Source: Pseudomonadota bacterium (GTDB taxonomy: Bacteria; Pseudomonadota; Alphaproteobacteria; Rhodobacterales; Rhodobacteraceae). From it: DNA of 64,000 nt. The notes under the pieces were generated by a model. It saw nothing but the letters and a program-made list of their open reading frames with translations. It was not told the origin of the DNA and searched no databases. Positions 37,503-50,972 of this stretch are shown one piece after another. The stretch covers positions 7,053-71,052 of the forward strand of contig JAYZWL010000106.1 of assembly GCA_036154955.1 (NCBI GenBank). The letters run 5' to 3'. Position numbers and translations under genes: made by a program. Each line of letters starts with the position of its first letter. Position 1 is the first letter of the stretch.

Positions 37503-38696
37503 TCATCCTTTCACCGCCTTCACGATCTTGTCGGCGGCGTCGGCGAGATTGTCGGCCGCGATAACGTTCAGGCCGCTCTCGTCGATGATCTTCTTGCCGA
37601 GCTCCACGTTGGTGCCCTCCAGGCGCACCACCAGCGGCACCTTCAGGCCCACGGCGTTGACCGCGGCGATCACGCCCTCGGCGATCACGTCGCAGCGCAT
37701 GATGCCGCCGAAGATGTTGACCAGGATGCCCTTCACCTGCGGGTCGGAGGTGATGATCTTGAAGGCCTCGGTCACCTTCTCCTTGGTCGCGCCGCCGCCC
37801 ACGTCGAGGAAGTTGGCGGGCTCGGAGCCGTAGAGCTTGATGATGTCCATCGTCGCCATCGCGAGGCCGGCGCCGTTGACCATGCAGCCGATCTCGCCGT
37901 CCAGCGCGATGTAGTTGAGGTCGTATTTGGAGGCTTCCAGCTCCTTCGGGTCCTCCTCGGTCTCGTCGCGCAGGCTGAGCACGCCCGGCTGACGGTAGAG
38001 CGAGTTGGAGTCGAAGTTCATCTTGCAGTCCAGGCAGCGGATATGCCCGTCCTTCATGACGATCAGCGGGTTGATCTCCAGCAGGGAGACGTCCTTTTCG
38101 ATGAACAGCTTGTAGAGCGTGCCCACCAGCTTGACGCATTCCTTGAAGGCGACGCCGCTGAGGCCCAGCGCGAAGGCGACCTTGCGGCCGTGGAAGGCCG
38201 AGATGCCGGACGCCGGGTCGACCGAGAAGGTCACGATCTTCTCGGGCGTGGAGGCCGCGACCTCCTCGATGTCCATGCCGCCCTCGGTGGAGGCGATGAA
38301 CGACACGCGCGAGGTTTCGCGGTCCACCAGCAGCGCGAGGTAGAGCTCGGTCTCGATGTCCGCGCCGTCCTCGATGTAGATGCGGTTGACCTGCTTGCCC
38401 GCCGGGCCGGTCTGGTGGGTGACCAGCGTGCGGCCGAGCATCTTCTCGGTGTTCTCGGCGGCCTCTTCGACCGACTTGGCGAGGCGGACGCCGCCCTTCT
38501 CGCCGGCGCTCTCCTCCTTGAACTTGCCCTTGCCGCGGCCGCCCGCGTGGATCTGGGCCTTCACGACCCAGAGCGGGCCGTCGAGCTCGCCGGCGGCGGT
38601 CTTCGCCTCCTCGGCGCGCGTCACCGCGCGGCCGTCGGCGACGGGAGCGCCATATTCCTTGAGAAGCTGCTTGGCCTGGTACTCGTGGATGTTCAT
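37503..38696 (-). CDS. sucC: Succinyl-CoA ligase subunit beta (ADP-forming)
   Basis: [19 protein letters not shown]... is a full-length conserved SucC. Confidence 0.97.
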   Translation of the reverse strand: MNIHEYQAKQLLKEYGAPVADGRAVTRAEEAKTAAGELDGPLWVVKAQIHAGGRGKGKFKEESAGEKGGVRLAKSVEEAAENTEKMLGRTLVTHQTGPAGKQVNRIYIEDGADIETELYLALLVDRETSRVSFIASTEGGMDIEEVAASTPEKIVTFSVDPASGISAFHGRKVAFALGLSGVAFKECVKLVGTLYKLFIEKDVSLLEINPLIVMKDGHIRCLDCKMNFDSNSLYRQPGVLSLRDETEEDPKELEASKYDLNYIALDGEIGCMVNGAGLAMATMDIIKLYGSEPANFLDVGGGATKEKVTEAFKIITSDPQVKGILVNIFGGIMRCDVIAEGVIAAVNAVGLKVPLVVRLEGTNVELGKKIIDESGLNVIAADNLADAADKIVKAVKG

Positions 38697-38868
38697 GTCG
38701 CTCGCATCCTTCCGCGGTCCTGTGGGCCCGGCGATCGCGAGGCGTCGCGCCTCCCGCGCGCGCCCCTCCCGGGCTGCGCGCCGTCGATCCGGCCTTGCGC
38801 GCCTTGTAGACGCGCGCTTACGCTGTCCGCAATCGTCGCATGACGCGGGCCGGAAAAAAACCGGTGTT

Positions 38869-38899
38869 TGTGATCACGCGATTTCTGGCTGTGATCACA
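38869..38899. promoter_or_regulatory. Candidate operator pair TGTGATCACG-N11-TGTGATCACA upstream of sucC
   Basis: Two GTGATCAC palindromes with centres 21 bp apart, 175-200 nt upstream of the sucC ATG. Same motif pair as upstream of sdhC. Confidence 0.45.
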
Positions 38900-39022
38900 T
38901 TGTCGCGGCTTGCGGCCGACCGGAGGCTCGAAGAGGTTTCCGCGCGTTAATCAACGATTCGCGGGCGCAGGGAGGACGGTTTCGGCCGATCCGGCGCATC
39001 CCGGACGAAACAGGCGGACCCC

Positions 39023-39955
39023 ATGACCCCCCCACGCCCCGTTCCCGAGGCCGCCCCCGGCGGCCTTCTCGCGCGACTCGACGGGCCGGCGATGGCCATG
39101 GGTCTGGTCTTCGCGCTGCTGTGGTCGTCGGCCTTCACCTCGGCGAAGTTCATCGTCGCCGACGCGCCGCCGTTCCTGGCGCTGTCGGTGCGCTTCGCCA
39201 TCTCCGGGCTGATCGCCATGGCCATCGCCGGGGCCATGGGGCAGTCGGCCCGGCTGACCCGGCGGCAATGGGTGCTGGTGGTGGTGTTCGGCTTCTGCCA
39301 GAACAGCCTCTATCTCGGCCTGTTCTTCTTCGCCATGACCCGGATCGAGGGCGGGTTCGCGGCCATCATCGCCTCCATGCTGCCGCTGTTCGTCGCCGCG
39401 GGATCCTGGGCTTTCCTGGGCGACCGTCCTGGGCGGATCGGCGGGCTGGGGCTGGCGCTGGGCTTCGCGGGCGTGGCGCTGATCATGGGCGCGCGGATCG
39501 AGGGCGGGGCCGACATTCCGGGCGTCGCCCTCGGCCTCGGGGCCACGCTGGCGCTGGCGGTGGCGACGATGGTGGTGCGCGGGGTCAGCCCGGGGGGCAA
39601 CGTGCTGATGATCGTGGGCCTGCAGATGCTGGTGGGCTCGGTCACGCTGGCCCCGGTCTCGGCCCTGTTCGAGGCGCCCTGGGCGGTAACCTGGTCATGG
39701 GAGATGCTGACCGCCTTCGCCTACACCGCGCTGGGGCCGGGGGTGATCGGCATGCTGATCTGGTTCACGCTGGTCAAGCGGATCGGGCCGACCAACGCCG
39801 CCGCCTTCCACTTCCTCAACCCCTGCTTCGGGGTCGCGGTGGCCGCGGTGCTGCTGGGCGAGCGGCTGGGGCCGCGGGACCTTCTGGGCGTGGGCATCGT
39901 CACCGTCGGCATCCTGCTGGTGCAGCTCGCGCGCCGGGCGCCTCAGAAACCGTAG
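39023..39955 (+). CDS. EamA/DMT-family transporter
   Basis: Ten predicted TM segments. The two EamA repeats are evident (LLWSSAFTSAKF..., MLIWFTLVKRIGPTNAAAFHFLNP). Confidence 0.85.
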   Translation: MTPPRPVPEAAPGGLLARLDGPAMAMGLVFALLWSSAFTSAKFIVADAPPFLALSVRFAISGLIAMAIAGAMGQSARLTRRQWVLVVVFGFCQNSLYLGLFFFAMTRIEGGFAAIIASMLPLFVAAGSWAFLGDRPGRIGGLGLALGFAGVALIMGARIEGGADIPGVALGLGATLALAVATMVVRGVSPGGNVLMIVGLQMLVGSVTLAPVSALFEAPWAVTWSWEMLTAFAYTALGPGVIGMLIWFTLVKRIGPTNAAAFHFLNPCFGVAVAAVLLGERLGPRDLLGVGIVTVGILLVQLARRAPQKP

Positions 39956-41436
39956 ATCTCGCCGAACTTGGCGTTCAGATGCGCCAGCAGCGGGCCCTCG
40001 TCCACCGGCCCGCCGCAGGCCTGCGCCATCAGCGCCGGGGCGGGGATCACGCGGCCATGCCGGTGGACCCGGTCGCGCAGCCAGGCCAGCGGGGCCGACA
40101 GGTCCCCGGCCGCGACCAGCACGTCCATGTCGCCCAGCTCCCGCCGCATCTCCGCCGCCAGCGCCGCGGCGTTGAGGTTGCCCAGCGTGTAGGTGGGGAA
40201 GTAGCCGATCAGCCCTTCGGACCAGTGCACGTCCTGCAGGCAGCCCTCGGCGGCGTGGCGGGGGCGGCGGCCGAAATCGGCCTCGAACCGGTCCGCCCAG
40301 GCCACTTCCAGATCCGCGGCCGGCAGGTCTCCGGACAGCAGCGCGCGTTCGAGGTCGAAGCGCATCAGGATATGCAGGTCGTATTGCGCCTCGTCGGCCG
40401 CGGTGCGGATGAAGCCGGGATCGACCCGGTTGACCGCGGCGAACAGCGCCTCGGGCTTCTTCACCCCGATATCCCCGAAGGCGATGGTCATCCGGTGCAG
40501 CAGCCAGGGCGCGAAGGCCCGGCCGCGGCCGATATGGTTCTCCCAGAAGCGGGACTGGCTTTCATGCACGCCCATCGAGGCCCATTGGCCCGAGGGGCGG
40601 TTCAGCAGCTCCGGCGCGATGCCCTGCTCGTAAAGCGCGTGGCCGGTCTCGTGCATGGTGGCGAAGATGCATTCCGTGGGGTCGTTGGGATCGACCCGGG
40701 TGGTGATGCGCACGTCCCCGCCGGAGCCGGACGAGAACGGATGCACCGCCCGGTCCAGCCTCCCGGCCGACCAGTCGTAGCCGCAATCCCCCGCAAGGTC
40801 GTGGGCCAGCGCCATCTGCGCGGCTTCGGGGAAGGCGCCCGTGAGCTTCGGCGGGCGGATCGAGGCGCCGCGGATCCGGTCCAGCACCTCGGTCAGCCCG
40901 GCGCGCAGGCGGGCGAAGACCGGAACCAGGTCGGCGACGCGGGCGCCGGGCTCGTAGTCCTCCAGCAGCGCGTCGTAGGGGGTCTGGTCGCCGGTGGCGA
41001 TCGCCTCCGCCTCCTCCCGCCGCAGGGCCACCACGCGGCCGAGCGCCGAGGCGAAGCGGCCGAAGTCCCGCGCCGCCCGCGCTTCCGCCCAGAGCTGGTG
41101 GGCGGCGGCGGTCTCCCGCGCGATGGTCTCGGCCAGCCCGTCGGGCAGGCGCGTGGCCCGGGCGTGGGAGCGCGCGGCGTCCTCCAGATCGGCGCGGATG
41201 TCGTCGGGCCAGTCATCGGTGGCCATGGCGTCGTCGATCCAGCCGGCGATGCGCGGGTCGGCCCGCAGGTCCTGGGTGACGGCCGCCAGCGCGCCGCGGC
41301 TTTCCGCCCGCTGCGCGGCGCCGCGGGGCGGCATCATCGCCTCCTGGTCCCAGGACAGGATCGAGGCCGCCCCCTCCAGCGCCGCGATGCGGGCGGTGTG
41401 GTCGCGCAGGGCGGCGTAGGCGTCCCGGGGGGTCAT
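39943..41436 (-). CDS. M32-family carboxypeptidase (Taq-type)
   Basis: ATG at 41436. HETGHALYEQG zinc motif, plus DRAVHPF, GVHESQSRFWEN and IRTAADEAQY motifs. Confidence 0.9.
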   Translation of the reverse strand: MTPRDAYAALRDHTARIAALEGAASILSWDQEAMMPPRGAAQRAESRGALAAVTQDLRADPRIAGWIDDAMATDDWPDDIRADLEDAARSHARATRLPDGLAETIARETAAAHQLWAEARAARDFGRFASALGRVVALRREEAEAIATGDQTPYDALLEDYEPGARVADLVPVFARLRAGLTEVLDRIRGASIRPPKLTGAFPEAAQMALAHDLAGDCGYDWSAGRLDRAVHPFSSGSGGDVRITTRVDPNDPTECIFATMHETGHALYEQGIAPELLNRPSGQWASMGVHESQSRFWENHIGRGRAFAPWLLHRMTIAFGDIGVKKPEALFAAVNRVDPGFIRTAADEAQYDLHILMRFDLERALLSGDLPAADLEVAWADRFEADFGRRPRHAAEGCLQDVHWSEGLIGYFPTYTLGNLNAAALAAEMRRELGDMDVLVAAGDLSAPLAWLRDRVHRHGRVIPAPALMAQACGGPVDEGPLLAHLNAKFGEIYGF

Positions 41437-41791
41437 GTTGGGCTGGGTCCTGAATGCGCCGGCCTTGGCCGGGAGTTGCGAAACGCGGAGAGCGGCGGGC
41501 GGCGGGATGGGATCGGCGCGCGCGCCCGGCCCGGCGCGGGCGCGCATGTCTCGACGGGGCCGGTTCGGCCGGCCCGTGTCCGCCGGGGGCGCCGAGGCGG
41601 TCCTCGGCGGGGATCAACCGTGCGGGGTCGAAGTCTCGCCGGTCCTCTCCGGCGCCTGGCCGCGCGGCGCCGGTCCGCTCCCGTCCCGGGCATGGCGCAT
41701 CGGGGCCGGTCGGCAGCTTCGCCGCCCGAACCCCGCGCGTCAACGCTTGCGACCCGAACCGGTTCGGGCCGCCCTCCGGTCCCGGCCCGGA

Positions 41792-45241
<3,450 letters not shown>

Positions 45242-45323
45242 CTACGCGATCGTTGAGGCTTTAAACTAAGTTACGCTTACAAATCCATTTTTGACGGGGA
45301 TTCGCGGCGCCGTCAATAGTGCG

Positions 45324-46478
45324 TTAACCATTTTGGCGCAGGTCGAGGGTCGATCCGTCCGGGCCTTCGGACACCCGCGCGCGCATCGCCTCGTCGCCGA
45401 GGGAGTCGAACAGGTGCGCCTCGGTCCCGGTCATCCAGGCCTGAGCGCCCAGCGCACGGATTTCGGCATAGAGCGCGGCGCGACGGGTCTCGTCCAGATG
45501 GGCCGCGACCTCGTCCAGCAGCAGCAGCGGCGGGGTTCCGGTCCGCGCGGTCAGCGCCCGGGCGGTGGCGAGGGTGAGCGAGATCAGCAGCGCCTTCTGC
45601 TCCCCGGTCGAGCACAGCCGCGCCGGCGCCCTCTTGGCGGCGTAGACGGCGGCGAGGTCGGCGCGATGCGGCCCGCTCAGGGTCCGCCCTGCGGCGAGGT
45701 CGCGGGGCCGGCCCTCGGCCAGCGCCGCGCGCAGGCGGGATTCGGCGCGGGCCTCGGCTTCGGCCGGGGACGCGCCCGCGGCCAGGTCGGCGGCGACGCC
45801 TTGGTCCGGGTCGCCCTCCAGCGCCAGGGCGGCGGCGGGGAAGGCGGTTTCGGCCTCCGCCTGCGCGGCGGTCAGCGCCGCCACGGTCTCGGCCCGGGCG
45901 CGGGAGAGGGCGGCGCCCTCGGCGGCCATCCGGGCTTCCAGCGCGTCGAACCAGCGGGGGTCGCGCACCTCGTCGCGCAGCAGGCGGTTGCGCTCGCGCA
46001 TCGCCTTCTCATAGGCCAGCGCGCGGTCGGCATGGTCGGGGTCGAAGCCCATCGCGGCGCGGTCGAGGAAGCGCCGCCGCTCCGCCGCGCCCTCGGCCCA
46101 CAGCCGGTCCATGGCGGGGGTCAGCCAGACGATGCGCAGCAGGGAGGCGAGCCGGGCCTGCGGCGCGGTCTTGCCGTCGATCCGCACGGCGCGGGGCTGG
46201 CCGGGAGCGTCGGCGCCCGTCTCCACCTCCCGCGCGCCGCCGGGGGCGTCCAGCCGGGCGGAGACCCGCCAGCCCAGCGCCTGCGGCTGACGGGGCAGGG
46301 CGTCGGCCTCGGCCCGGCGCAGCCCGCGGCCGGGAGACAGCAGGGAGACGGCTTCCAGCAGGTTGGTCTTGCCCGCCCCGTTGGGCCCGTAGAGCGCGAC
46401 CGAACGCCCCCCCGTCTCCAGCCGGGCCAGCCGGTGCGAGCGGAAATGCGAGACGGCGAGGACGCTGACGGCGGTCAT
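45324..46478 (-). CDS. recF: DNA replication and repair protein RecF
   Basis: ATG at 46478. Walker A GPNGAGKTNLLEA and signature STGEQKALLISL. Confidence 0.95.
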   Translation of the reverse strand: MTAVSVLAVSHFRSHRLARLETGGRSVALYGPNGAGKTNLLEAVSLLSPGRGLRRAEADALPRQPQALGWRVSARLDAPGGAREVETGADAPGQPRAVRIDGKTAPQARLASLLRIVWLTPAMDRLWAEGAAERRRFLDRAAMGFDPDHADRALAYEKAMRERNRLLRDEVRDPRWFDALEARMAAEGAALSRARAETVAALTAAQAEAETAFPAAALALEGDPDQGVAADLAAGASPAEAEARAESRLRAALAEGRPRDLAAGRTLSGPHRADLAAVYAAKRAPARLCSTGEQKALLISLTLATARALTARTGTPPLLLLDEVAAHLDETRRAALYAEIRALGAQAWMTGTEAHLFDSLGDEAMRARVSEGPDGSTLDLRQNG

Positions 46479-46616
46479 CGAACCCGCTCCCCTTCGCCGG
46501 CGCCCCCGGCGGAACGGCGCCGCCACGCCCCCTCCCCCTCCCTCCCCCGCGGGCGGGGGAGGGGGCCGCGCGCGGGCCGGTCGGGGAAAACGGCGAAGGC
46601 GGTCAGGACGGGCGCG

Positions 46617-47732
46617 TCAGACGCGCATGGGCATGACGACGTAGACCGCGCTTTCGTCGTCGCCCTCGCGCACCAGGGTCGGGTCGCCGGAGCCGTTGAA
46701 CAGGAACACCGCGTTCTCGCGGTCCACCTGGCCGGCGATCTCCTGCAGGTATTTGGCGTTGAAGCCGATCTCCAGCCCCTCGTCGGCATAGGCCACCGCC
46801 AGCTCCTCGGTCGCGGCGCCGCTGTCGGGGGCGTTGACCGACAGCACCAGCCGGTCCTCCGACAGGGCCAGCTTGACGGCGCGGGAGCGCTCCGAACTGA
46901 CGGTCGCCACGCGGTCCACGGCCTTGGCGAACTCGGCGGCGTCCACCTCCATCCGGCGCGGATTGCCCTGCGGGATCACCCGCGTGTAGTCGGGGAACGA
47001 CCCGTCGATGACCTTGGAGACCAGCGCCACGCCGTTGGTGGCGAAGCGCACCTTGGTCTCGGAGACGCCGACCTCGATCTCCGCCTCGTCGTCGGCGAGC
47101 AGCTTGGCCAGCTCCCCCACCGTCTTGCGCGGCACGATCACGCCGGGCATCGACTCAGCGCCCTCCGGGGCGGGGGCGTCGACCCGGGCAAGCCGGTGGC
47201 CGTCGGTGGCCACGCAGCGCAGCGCCTTGCCCTCGGCCGCGTCGGCCAGGTGCATGTAGACGCCGTTCAGGTAGTAGCGCGTCTCCTCGGTGGAGATGGC
47301 GAACTTGGCCTTGTCGAACAGCCGGCGCAGCACCGCGGCCTTGGCGGTGAAATGGCAGGCGTAGTCCGCCGAGGCCATCACCGGGAAGTCGTCCTTGGGC
47401 AGGGTGGCCAGCCGGAAATCGGACCGGCCGGCCCGCACCTCCAGTCGCCCGGCGCCGTCGTCGGTCAGCCGCGCCTGCGCCCCGTCGGGCAGCTTGCGCA
47501 CGATGTCATGCAGCATATGGGCCGGCGCGGTGGTGGCGCCCGCCTGCTCGACCATCGCGGGGATGGACTCCAGCACCTCCACGTCCAGGTCGGTCGCCCG
47601 GATCGACAGCGTGTCGCCCGAGGCCTCCAGCAGCACGTTGGACAGGATCGGAATCGTCGTCCGGCGTTCCACCACGCCCTGCGCGCGGCTCATGGCCTTG
47701 AGCAGGGCCGCCCGTTCGACGCTTATCTTCAT
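46617..47732 (-). CDS. dnaN: DNA polymerase III subunit beta
   Basis: MKISVERAALLKAMSRAQGVVERRTTIPILSNVLLEA is a typical sliding-clamp N-terminus; 371 aa. Confidence 0.97.
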   Translation of the reverse strand: MKISVERAALLKAMSRAQGVVERRTTIPILSNVLLEASGDTLSIRATDLDVEVLESIPAMVEQAGATTAPAHMLHDIVRKLPDGAQARLTDDGAGRLEVRAGRSDFRLATLPKDDFPVMASADYACHFTAKAAVLRRLFDKAKFAISTEETRYYLNGVYMHLADAAEGKALRCVATDGHRLARVDAPAPEGAESMPGVIVPRKTVGELAKLLADDEAEIEVGVSETKVRFATNGVALVSKVIDGSFPDYTRVIPQGNPRRMEVDAAEFAKAVDRVATVSSERSRAVKLALSEDRLVLSVNAPDSGAATEELAVAYADEGLEIGFNAKYLQEIAGQVDRENAVFLFNGSGDPTLVREGDDESAVYVVMPMRV

Positions 47733-47882
47733 GGTCCCCCACCCGGTCGGAGCGCGACGCCTGCGGCGGGCGGCGCGGATTTGTTCGGGCGCTTACACTA
47801 GCGGCTCGGGCGGCGGGCGCAACGGTCGGAGACGCCATGGAGGGAAGGGAGGCGCGCCGTGGCGCCCGGAACCCGCATCCGG

Positions 47883-48356
47883 TCAGCTCGACGGGCTCGG
47901 GCCGCAGGCGATCGGGGCGCCGTCGATGCGGTCGATGGCCTGCGGCGCGCCGGAACGGCCGAGCGCGTAGAGCCGGTCCTCCAGCCGGATATGGCGGAAG
48001 CAATGCGGGACGCCGCCCAGCGCCTGCCCGAAATCGAAGCAGAACCACGGATCCTGGTAGTCCCAGGCCGCGTCGAGGCATTCGCCGTCGGGAAACTGGA
48101 AGGTGACGCGGCCGTCCTGGCGGTAGCTCTCCCGCCCCCAAAGCTCGCCGTCGATCCGGTACCAGACGGTGCGGCCATTGGTCAGCGCCCGCCATTCGGC
48201 GAGGCTGAGGTCCCGGCCCTCGGTTTCCAGCCGCTCGGTCAGCCCGGGTTCGTCGGTTCCGGCGACGAGCGGCGGGGCGAGGGCGGCGAGGATCAGCGCG
48301 CCGGCCAGGGCCGCCTGCGCGAGAGCGCGGCCGGACGGCGGGGCGGGGAGGCGCAT
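47883..48356 (-). CDS. Small secreted 4-Cys protein (paralog of 62306..62728)
   Basis: Signal peptide ...ALILAALAPPLVAG. Shares the G-TV...GRE-Y--DG-V----DG-C----W------CF pattern with the ORF downstream of fdx. Confidence 0.6.
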   Translation of the reverse strand: MRLPAPPSGRALAQAALAGALILAALAPPLVAGTDEPGLTERLETEGRDLSLAEWRALTNGRTVWYRIDGELWGRESYRQDGRVTFQFPDGECLDAAWDYQDPWFCFDFGQALGGVPHCFRHIRLEDRLYALGRSGAPQAIDRIDGAPIACGPSPSS

Positions 48357-48634
48357 GGGGCGGGCCTTTCGGTTTCGGAGGGCCGGGCCGGGCGGGGCGA
48401 CCCGCCGACGGCCAGCAGGTTAGCCGCGCCGCGCCGCCGCGCAACCCCGTGCGGCGGGGGCGGGGGTGACGGCGACGCCTCGCCGCCCCCCCCGGGGGCC
48501 TGCGGCGCGCATGTCCCTCCCGCGTCCGGTCCCGTCGCATTGCGCCTGTCGCCGGCGCGCCCGATCGCTAGAGTGGCCGCGCGGCGACCCGCGCGGACGG
48601 GCCCGGCGCAAGGCGAACGGCAGGAGGCGACCCC

Positions 48635-50416
48635 ATGGCGCGGCAGCAGGGCGGACAGGATGCGAAACGCGGCGGCGGGGCGGCGGGAGACCCCGGCGCG
48701 GCGCCTGCCGGCATCTGGAAATCCGGCCGCGGCAAGGGCCGGCGCCAGCCCCGCGGCCGTCAGGTGGAGGACGCGGCGCTGGCCGAGATCCGCGCCCTGA
48801 TCGGCCCCGGCCCCCATCCGCGCGACCGGCTGATCGAGCTTCTGCACGTCATTCAGGACGCGCATGGGCGCCTCTCCGCCGCGCATCTGCGGGCGTTGGC
48901 CGAGGAGATGCGTCTCGCCCAGGCCGAGGTCTGGGAGGTCGCCACCTTCTACGCCCATTTCGACCCGGTGCGGGAGGACGAGATCCCGCCCCCCGCCCTG
49001 ACCGTGCGGGTCTGCGGGTCGCTCTCCTGCGCCATGGCGGGGGCGGAGGCGCTGCGCGCGGCGCTGGCGGCGGGGACCGACCCGACCCGGATCCGCATCC
49101 TGGAGGCGCCCTGCATGGGCCGCTGCGACCTCGCCCCCACGGCGGAGGTCGGGCATCGCCATGTGGACTTCGCCACGCCCGAAACCGTGCTCGCCGCCGC
49201 CGAGGCGGGGGAGACGCGCCCGCTCATCCCCGACTACGAGCCCCTCGACGCCTATCTCGCGGGGGGCGGCTACGCCCGGCTCCGCGCCCTGCGCGACGGC
49301 GCGCTGACCCGCGACGCGGTGCAGGAGGCGGTGGCGGCCTCCGGCCTGCGCGGGCTGGGCGGCGCCGGCTTCCCCGCCGCGCGCAAATGGGGATTCGTGC
49401 GGGCCGAACCCGGGCCCCGGATGCTGGCGGTCAACGGCGACGAGGGCGAGCCGGGCACCTTCAAGGACCGCATCTTCCTCGAAACCCGCCCCCACCTGAT
49501 CCTGGAGGGGATGCTGATCGCGGGCCACGTGGTCGAGGCCGAGACCTGCGTGATCTACCTGCGCGACGAATACCCCGCGGCGCGGGAGATCCTGCTGCGC
49601 GAGATCGCGGCGCTGGAGGCGGCGGGGCTGGCCGCGCCGGGCCATATCGACCTGCGCAGGGGCGCGGGCGCCTATATCTGCGGCGAGGAATCCGCGATGC
49701 TGGAGTCGATCGAGGGCAAGCGCGGCCTCCCCCGCCACCGCCCGCCTTTCGTCGCGCAATCCGGCATCCACGGCCGCCCGACGCTGGTCCACAACATCGA
49801 GACCCTGAAATGGGTGGCCCGCATCTGCCGCGAGGGGCCGGAGATCCTGTCGGGGGTGGAACGCAACGGCCGGCGGGGCCTGCGCAACTTCTCGGTCTCG
49901 GGCCGGGTGCGGAACCCGGGCGTGCATTGCCTGCCCGCGGGCTCCACGATCCGCGACCTGATCGCGGCGGCGGGGGGGATGCAGGACGGGCATGTGTTCA
50001 AGGCCTATCAGCCGGGCGGGCCGTCCTCGGGCCTGCTGCCCGCGTCCGACGACGACGTGCCGCTGGATTTCGACTGCCTTCAGGACCGGGGCAGCTTCAT
50101 CGGCTCGGCCGCGGTGGTGGTGCTGTCGCAGGTCGACAGCGCCCGGGGCGCGGCGCTGAACATGCTGCGATTCTTCGCCGACGAAAGCTGCGGCCAGTGC
50201 ACGCCCTGCCGGACGGGCTGCGCCAAGGCGGTCAGTCTCATGCAGGAACCGACCTGGGACAGGGCGCTGCTGGAAGACCTGTGCCAGGTGATGGAGGACG
50301 CCTCCATCTGCGGGCTCGGTCAGGCGGCGCCCAATCCTATCCGTCTGGTGATGAAGCATTTTCCGGAGGAAGTTCAGGCGGCTGGCGATCCGTCCGATTT
50401 TAATCATTCAGGTTGA
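48635..50416 (+). CDS. NuoE-NuoF fusion protein (formate dehydrogenase FdsG/FdsB-like NAD(H)-binding diaphorase module)
   Basis: AGGAGG upstream of the ATG. NuoE-type 2Fe-2S cysteines (VCGSLSC, CMGRC). NuoF motifs GLGGAGFPAARKW, NGDEGEPGTFKDR and ESCGQCTPCR. Confidence 0.9.
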   Translation: MARQQGGQDAKRGGGAAGDPGAAPAGIWKSGRGKGRRQPRGRQVEDAALAEIRALIGPGPHPRDRLIELLHVIQDAHGRLSAAHLRALAEEMRLAQAEVWEVATFYAHFDPVREDEIPPPALTVRVCGSLSCAMAGAEALRAALAAGTDPTRIRILEAPCMGRCDLAPTAEVGHRHVDFATPETVLAAAEAGETRPLIPDYEPLDAYLAGGGYARLRALRDGALTRDAVQEAVAASGLRGLGGAGFPAARKWGFVRAEPGPRMLAVNGDEGEPGTFKDRIFLETRPHLILEGMLIAGHVVEAETCVIYLRDEYPAAREILLREIAALEAAGLAAPGHIDLRRGAGAYICGEESAMLESIEGKRGLPRHRPPFVAQSGIHGRPTLVHNIETLKWVARICREGPEILSGVERNGRRGLRNFSVSGRVRNPGVHCLPAGSTIRDLIAAAGGMQDGHVFKAYQPGGPSSGLLPASDDDVPLDFDCLQDRGSFIGSAAVVVLSQVDSARGAALNMLRFFADESCGQCTPCRTGCAKAVSLMQEPTWDRALLEDLCQVMEDASICGLGQAAPNPIRLVMKHFPEEVQAAGDPSDFNHSG

Positions 50417-50501
50417 CCAATTCCCGGATTCCGGTTTGGCGCGCCGGAGGGAAAACGATATTCTCCTCCCCGAGCGATCAGGTTTCTGCGGGAGCGTGGC
50501 G

Positions 50502-50867
50502 ATGGCTGTGAAGGCGTATCTGCGGTTTCAGAAGTACGGAAGCGAACGTTTCGACGGGGACTATTTCCTGACGAGGCATCTGCCGTTGATCCGTCGCCAC
50601 TACGCCCGCCATGGGCTGCTCGCCGCCTCCGGCATCCTGCGCCAGACAGAGCAGGAGCACGCGGTGTCGCTGCTGCTGTTCCGGGACGAGGACGCGCTGG
50701 TCTCGGCGCTCGCCGACACCGGCGTCCTGCTCGGCGACCTGCGGAACATGACCGACGCCCTGCTCGACATCCGGCTGGTCTACGACGACGAGCGGCCGGA
50801 CGCGCCCCCCGTCCGGGCCGATCCGCCGGCGCCGCAGCCCGAGGCCGCCGCCGCCGCGGTCGCCTGA
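50502..50867 (+). CDS. EthD-family protein (putative)
   Basis: ATG at 50502 (MAVKAYLRFQKYGSERFDGDYFLTRHLPLIRRHY) resembles the EthD/TIGR02118 N-terminal pattern. The track start 50436 is TTG in a non-coding-looking leader. Confidence 0.55.
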   Translation: MAVKAYLRFQKYGSERFDGDYFLTRHLPLIRRHYARHGLLAASGILRQTEQEHAVSLLLFRDEDALVSALADTGVLLGDLRNMTDALLDIRLVYDDERPDAPPVRADPPAPQPEAAAAAVA

Positions 50868-50972
50868 CCCGCGCTCGCCGCGTCGCGCGCCGGGGCGAGG
50901 ATGACAATCGCCGGCCCGCGCGCCATATGCTTGGACGCGGGACGGGGGGCGCGACGAAGCGGGAGGCGGAGC

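Noticed and set aside
41753-41768. Perfect 16-bp palindrome CCCGAACCGGTTCGGG 24 nt after the gyrB stop, considered as a terminator or protein-binding site.
   Set aside because: No U-tract follows, and as RNA it would form only a ~6-bp stem. With a single occurrence there is nothing to support a function.
47733-47882. oriC or a DnaA-box cluster next to dnaN. Also TTATCCA-like sequences near 44230 and 37490.
   Set aside because: There are only isolated partial matches to TTATCCACA, no cluster and no AT-rich unwinding element. dnaA itself is absent from the window.
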